A stretch of DNA of 36,101 nt, from positions 1 through 36,101 of IMG/VR virus record IMGVR_UViG_3300031519_000086, one strand, 5' to 3'. This DNA is from a virus. Its lineage: Duplodnaviria > Caudoviricetes. Each line of letters begins with the position of its first letter. Position 1 is the first letter of the stretch. Below are positions 34,238-36,101 of the stretch, one piece after another. The notes beneath the pieces are model-generated. The model ran no database searches. It was not told the DNA's origin and saw nothing but the letters and a program-made list of their open reading frames with translations. A program made the translations under genes and the position numbers.

Positions 34238-35463
34238 GGTGCTATGCTCTCCTCTGCGATAAGGTTGACTGTCGTGCCCCCGTCAAGGGTAACGAACTCA
34301 TAGGTTACTCTGTTGCCAACAGTCGAGGCGCTGGGTGTTCCTACTACAGCGGCTGGTAGGGTTACTGCTGGAGCCGAACCCAAGTCGTACTCAGCGACAT
34401 AATCAAGACTATCGAAAGTCACGTAAAACTTTAGACCATCAGGCTTGAAGAATAGGCCACCAAGAGCTGAACCCTGAGCAGCTACAGAGAAGTTCTGTAA
34501 GAAGGCTGCTGTAGAGACATCCCAAGCTGTGCTTAAGTCGTACTCGTTTACATCTTTTCCAGCGTTCCCCAACACGTACATCTTCAGTCCATCTGGTTTG
34601 AAGGAGATATCAACGGGTACTGTCTCTTCAGTAGCTACAGAAAACAGCTGTAAGAAGACTGCTGTAGAGACATCCCAAGCTGTGCTTAAGTCGTACTCGT
34701 TTACTTCATCTCCAGTGTAGCCTGCTATGTACATCTTCAGTCCATCAGGCTTGAAGGATAAACCGGCGGGTTGAGCTTCTTGAGCATTTACAGAGAACGA
34801 CTGTAAGAGAGAAGCTGTAGTCACATTCCAAGCTGTGCTTAGGTTGTACTCATAGACACTATCACTACTAGGCCCAATCACGTACATCTTAGTGCCATCA
34901 GGCTTGAAGAATAGACCATATGGGATTGGTTCTTGAGTACCTACAGAGAAGTTCTGTAAGAAGACTGCTGTAGAGACATCCCAAGCAGTGCTTAGATCGT
35001 ATTCTCTTACGGTATCACTATTTATGCCCACGACGTACATCTTAGTGCCATCAGGTTTGAAGAAGATGCCAGTAGGGATTGTATCAAAGTCACTTCCAAA
35101 CGACTGTAAGAAAGAAGCTGTAGAGACATCCCAAGAGTTAGTTAGCGATGGCACAAAACTATAACGCCAACTAGCTTCGGTGGGAACACTAGCAAAGGTT
35201 ACAGTGGTATCACCTGACAACGTGCCATTGTCGAAGAAGTTGTAAGTGCCCACGTCCAACGAAGGCGTAGTGCCAGTAACTGCTACAGGCTTAAATACAG
35301 GCGGAATGACAATACCCGTAAGCCCACTACCGTCACCTGTAGTTGTAAGCAACTCTCCTGCCGCATCGGGAAGGGTCAGGGTACGGTTGGTATTGCTGTT
35401 AGGTGAGGCAAGGGTAAACGTACCCGTGCCTGAGTCATCAGGGGATAGAGCTATCTTACTCAT
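34234..35463 (-). CDS. tail fibre / receptor-binding protein with five beta-propeller-like repeats
   Basis: Five repeats of WDVSTA.FLQ.F...FKPDG.K.Y.....EY.L. Confidence 0.8.
   Translation of the reverse strand: MSKIALSPDDSGTGTFTLASPNSNTNRTLTLPDAAGELLTTTGDGSGLTGIVIPPVFKPVAVTGTTPSLDVGTYNFFDNGTLSGDTTVTFASVPTEASWRYSFVPSLTNSWDVSTASFLQSFGSDFDTIPTGIFFKPDGTKMYVVGINSDTVREYDLSTAWDVSTAVFLQNFSVGTQEPIPYGLFFKPDGTKMYVIGPSSDSVYEYNLSTAWNVTTASLLQSFSVNAQEAQPAGLSFKPDGLKMYIAGYTGDEVNEYDLSTAWDVSTAVFLQLFSVATEETVPVDISFKPDGLKMYVLGNAGKDVNEYDLSTAWDVSTAAFLQNFSVAAQGSALGGLFFKPDGLKFYVTFDSLDYVAEYDLGSAPAVTLPAAVVGTPSASTVGNRVTYEFVTLDGGTTVNLIAEESIAP
34380..35135 (-). repeat. five ~153-bp tandem coding repeats
   Basis: Anchor GTAG(AGACATCCCAAG) at 34511, 34664, 34817, 34970 and 35120. 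Confidence 0.9.
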
Positions 35464-35792
35464 GGTGTGCTACCTTCTTCTTCTTCGACCCACGTTGCGG
35501 AGGCTTCGTCCCAAGTGTAAAGCAGCCCATCATCAGGCATTGCTGTCGGTGCTTGCCAATGGAAGTTATCGTCTAGCAACCATGAGGCGTGTGGCTTAGG
35601 ACTTAGGAATACCTTGTTTACTTCGTCCCAAGTGTAACCGATCCCTGCGTAGTTACCTCTGAAGTTATTGTTGTACGAAGTCTGTACCCACAAAAATTCG
35701 TCCCCCACAGCACCGGAGTTTATAAAGTCTTTTTCAGACACAATGATTTCTGTGACAATGTTGTTGCTGTCTAATTTTGCGAAATGGCTCAT
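35460..35792 (-). CDS. tail-fibre-associated protein (chaperone-like)
   Basis: MSHFAKLD...WVQTSYN..FRGNYAGIGYTWD...F..PKP..SW; directly follows the Gly-rich fibre gene. Confidence 0.7.
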   Translation of the reverse strand: MSHFAKLDSNNIVTEIIVSEKDFINSGAVGDEFLWVQTSYNNNFRGNYAGIGYTWDEVNKVFLSPKPHASWLLDDNFHWQAPTAMPDDGLLYTWDEASATWVEEEEGSTP

Positions 35793-36101
35793 GTCAGATA
35801 CCTCAAGATGACTATACCAGAACCGCCGCTGCCTCCGGTCAAAGAAGAATGCGAAGCACCTCCACCACCTGATCCTGTGTTTGCTCCAGCCGCACCGCCG
35901 TTTCCTCCTAAGATACCAGCGTTACCGTTGTTAAAACCTGAAGTTCCTCCAGCGCCATTCGCTCGCCCAGCGCCTTGCCCAGAACCACCGCCGCCTCCTC
36001 CTAGTCCACCAGCACCCGCATTACCCGTGTTATAGGAGTTTCCCCCGCCACCAGCGCCCCAATATAGATTAGAGCCGTAGATGGCAGAAAGAACTCCGTC
36101 T
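35789..36101 (-). CDS. glycine-rich tail fibre protein, C-terminal part (5' end outside window)
   Basis: Open frame ...YWGAGGGG...GANTGSGGGG...GGSGGSGIVILRYLT*; stop overlaps the next ATG. Confidence 0.85.
   Translation of the reverse strand, partial: DGVLSAIYGSNLYWGAGGGGNSYNTGNAGAGGLGGGGGGSGQGAGRANGAGGTSGFNNGNAGILGGNGGAAGANTGSGGGGASHSSLTGGSGGSGIVILRYLT

Noticed and set aside
34380-35135. Diversity-generating retroelement TR/VR pair
   Set aside because: No reverse transcriptase in the window; differences are not adenine-restricted; the repeats are tandem coding blades
139-35599. Numerous 60-146 aa opposite-strand or alternate-frame ORFs in the track
   Set aside because: They lie within well-supported genes, oppose or duplicate the arm's coding frame, and show no recognisable motifs
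35784-36035. Proline-rich + strand ORF
   Set aside because: Shadow of the Gly-rich fibre gene on the minus strand

Overview
About 36 kb of a lytic T7-supergroup podovirus genome. No phage RNA polymerase, integrase or repressor is seen in the window. The gene content (ThyX, primase-helicase, PolA, MazG, cobalamin-dependent class II RNR, glutaredoxin, PhoH) and the two converging arms match the SIO1-like roseophages (cobaviruses, Zobellviridae). That assignment is from recalled knowledge, not a search. The left arm (+ strand, 111-13652) holds early genes, replication, nucleotide metabolism and tRNA-Arg(UCU). It meets the right arm at a bidirectional terminator near 13.67 kb. The right arm (- strand, 36101-13696) runs: tail-fibre cassette, terminase, portal, scaffold, capsid, tail, internal virion proteins, a modular PG hydrolase, u-spanin-like and holin-like genes, then three small basic proteins. 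Five leads stand out. (1) An early gene pair resembling a T3-type SAM lyase plus a DNA-glycosylase-fold protein, a possible anti-methylation/anti-defence module. (2) A ~90-bp promoter+hairpin element present twice, once driving late genes and once pointing antisense just upstream of primase. (3) A split PolA carrying a paired steric-gate E->Q and O-helix Y->L change. (4) A compact H-type pseudoknot after the SSB gene. (5) A five-blade propeller made of near-identical 153-bp DNA repeats, inserted inside a tail-fibre domain.
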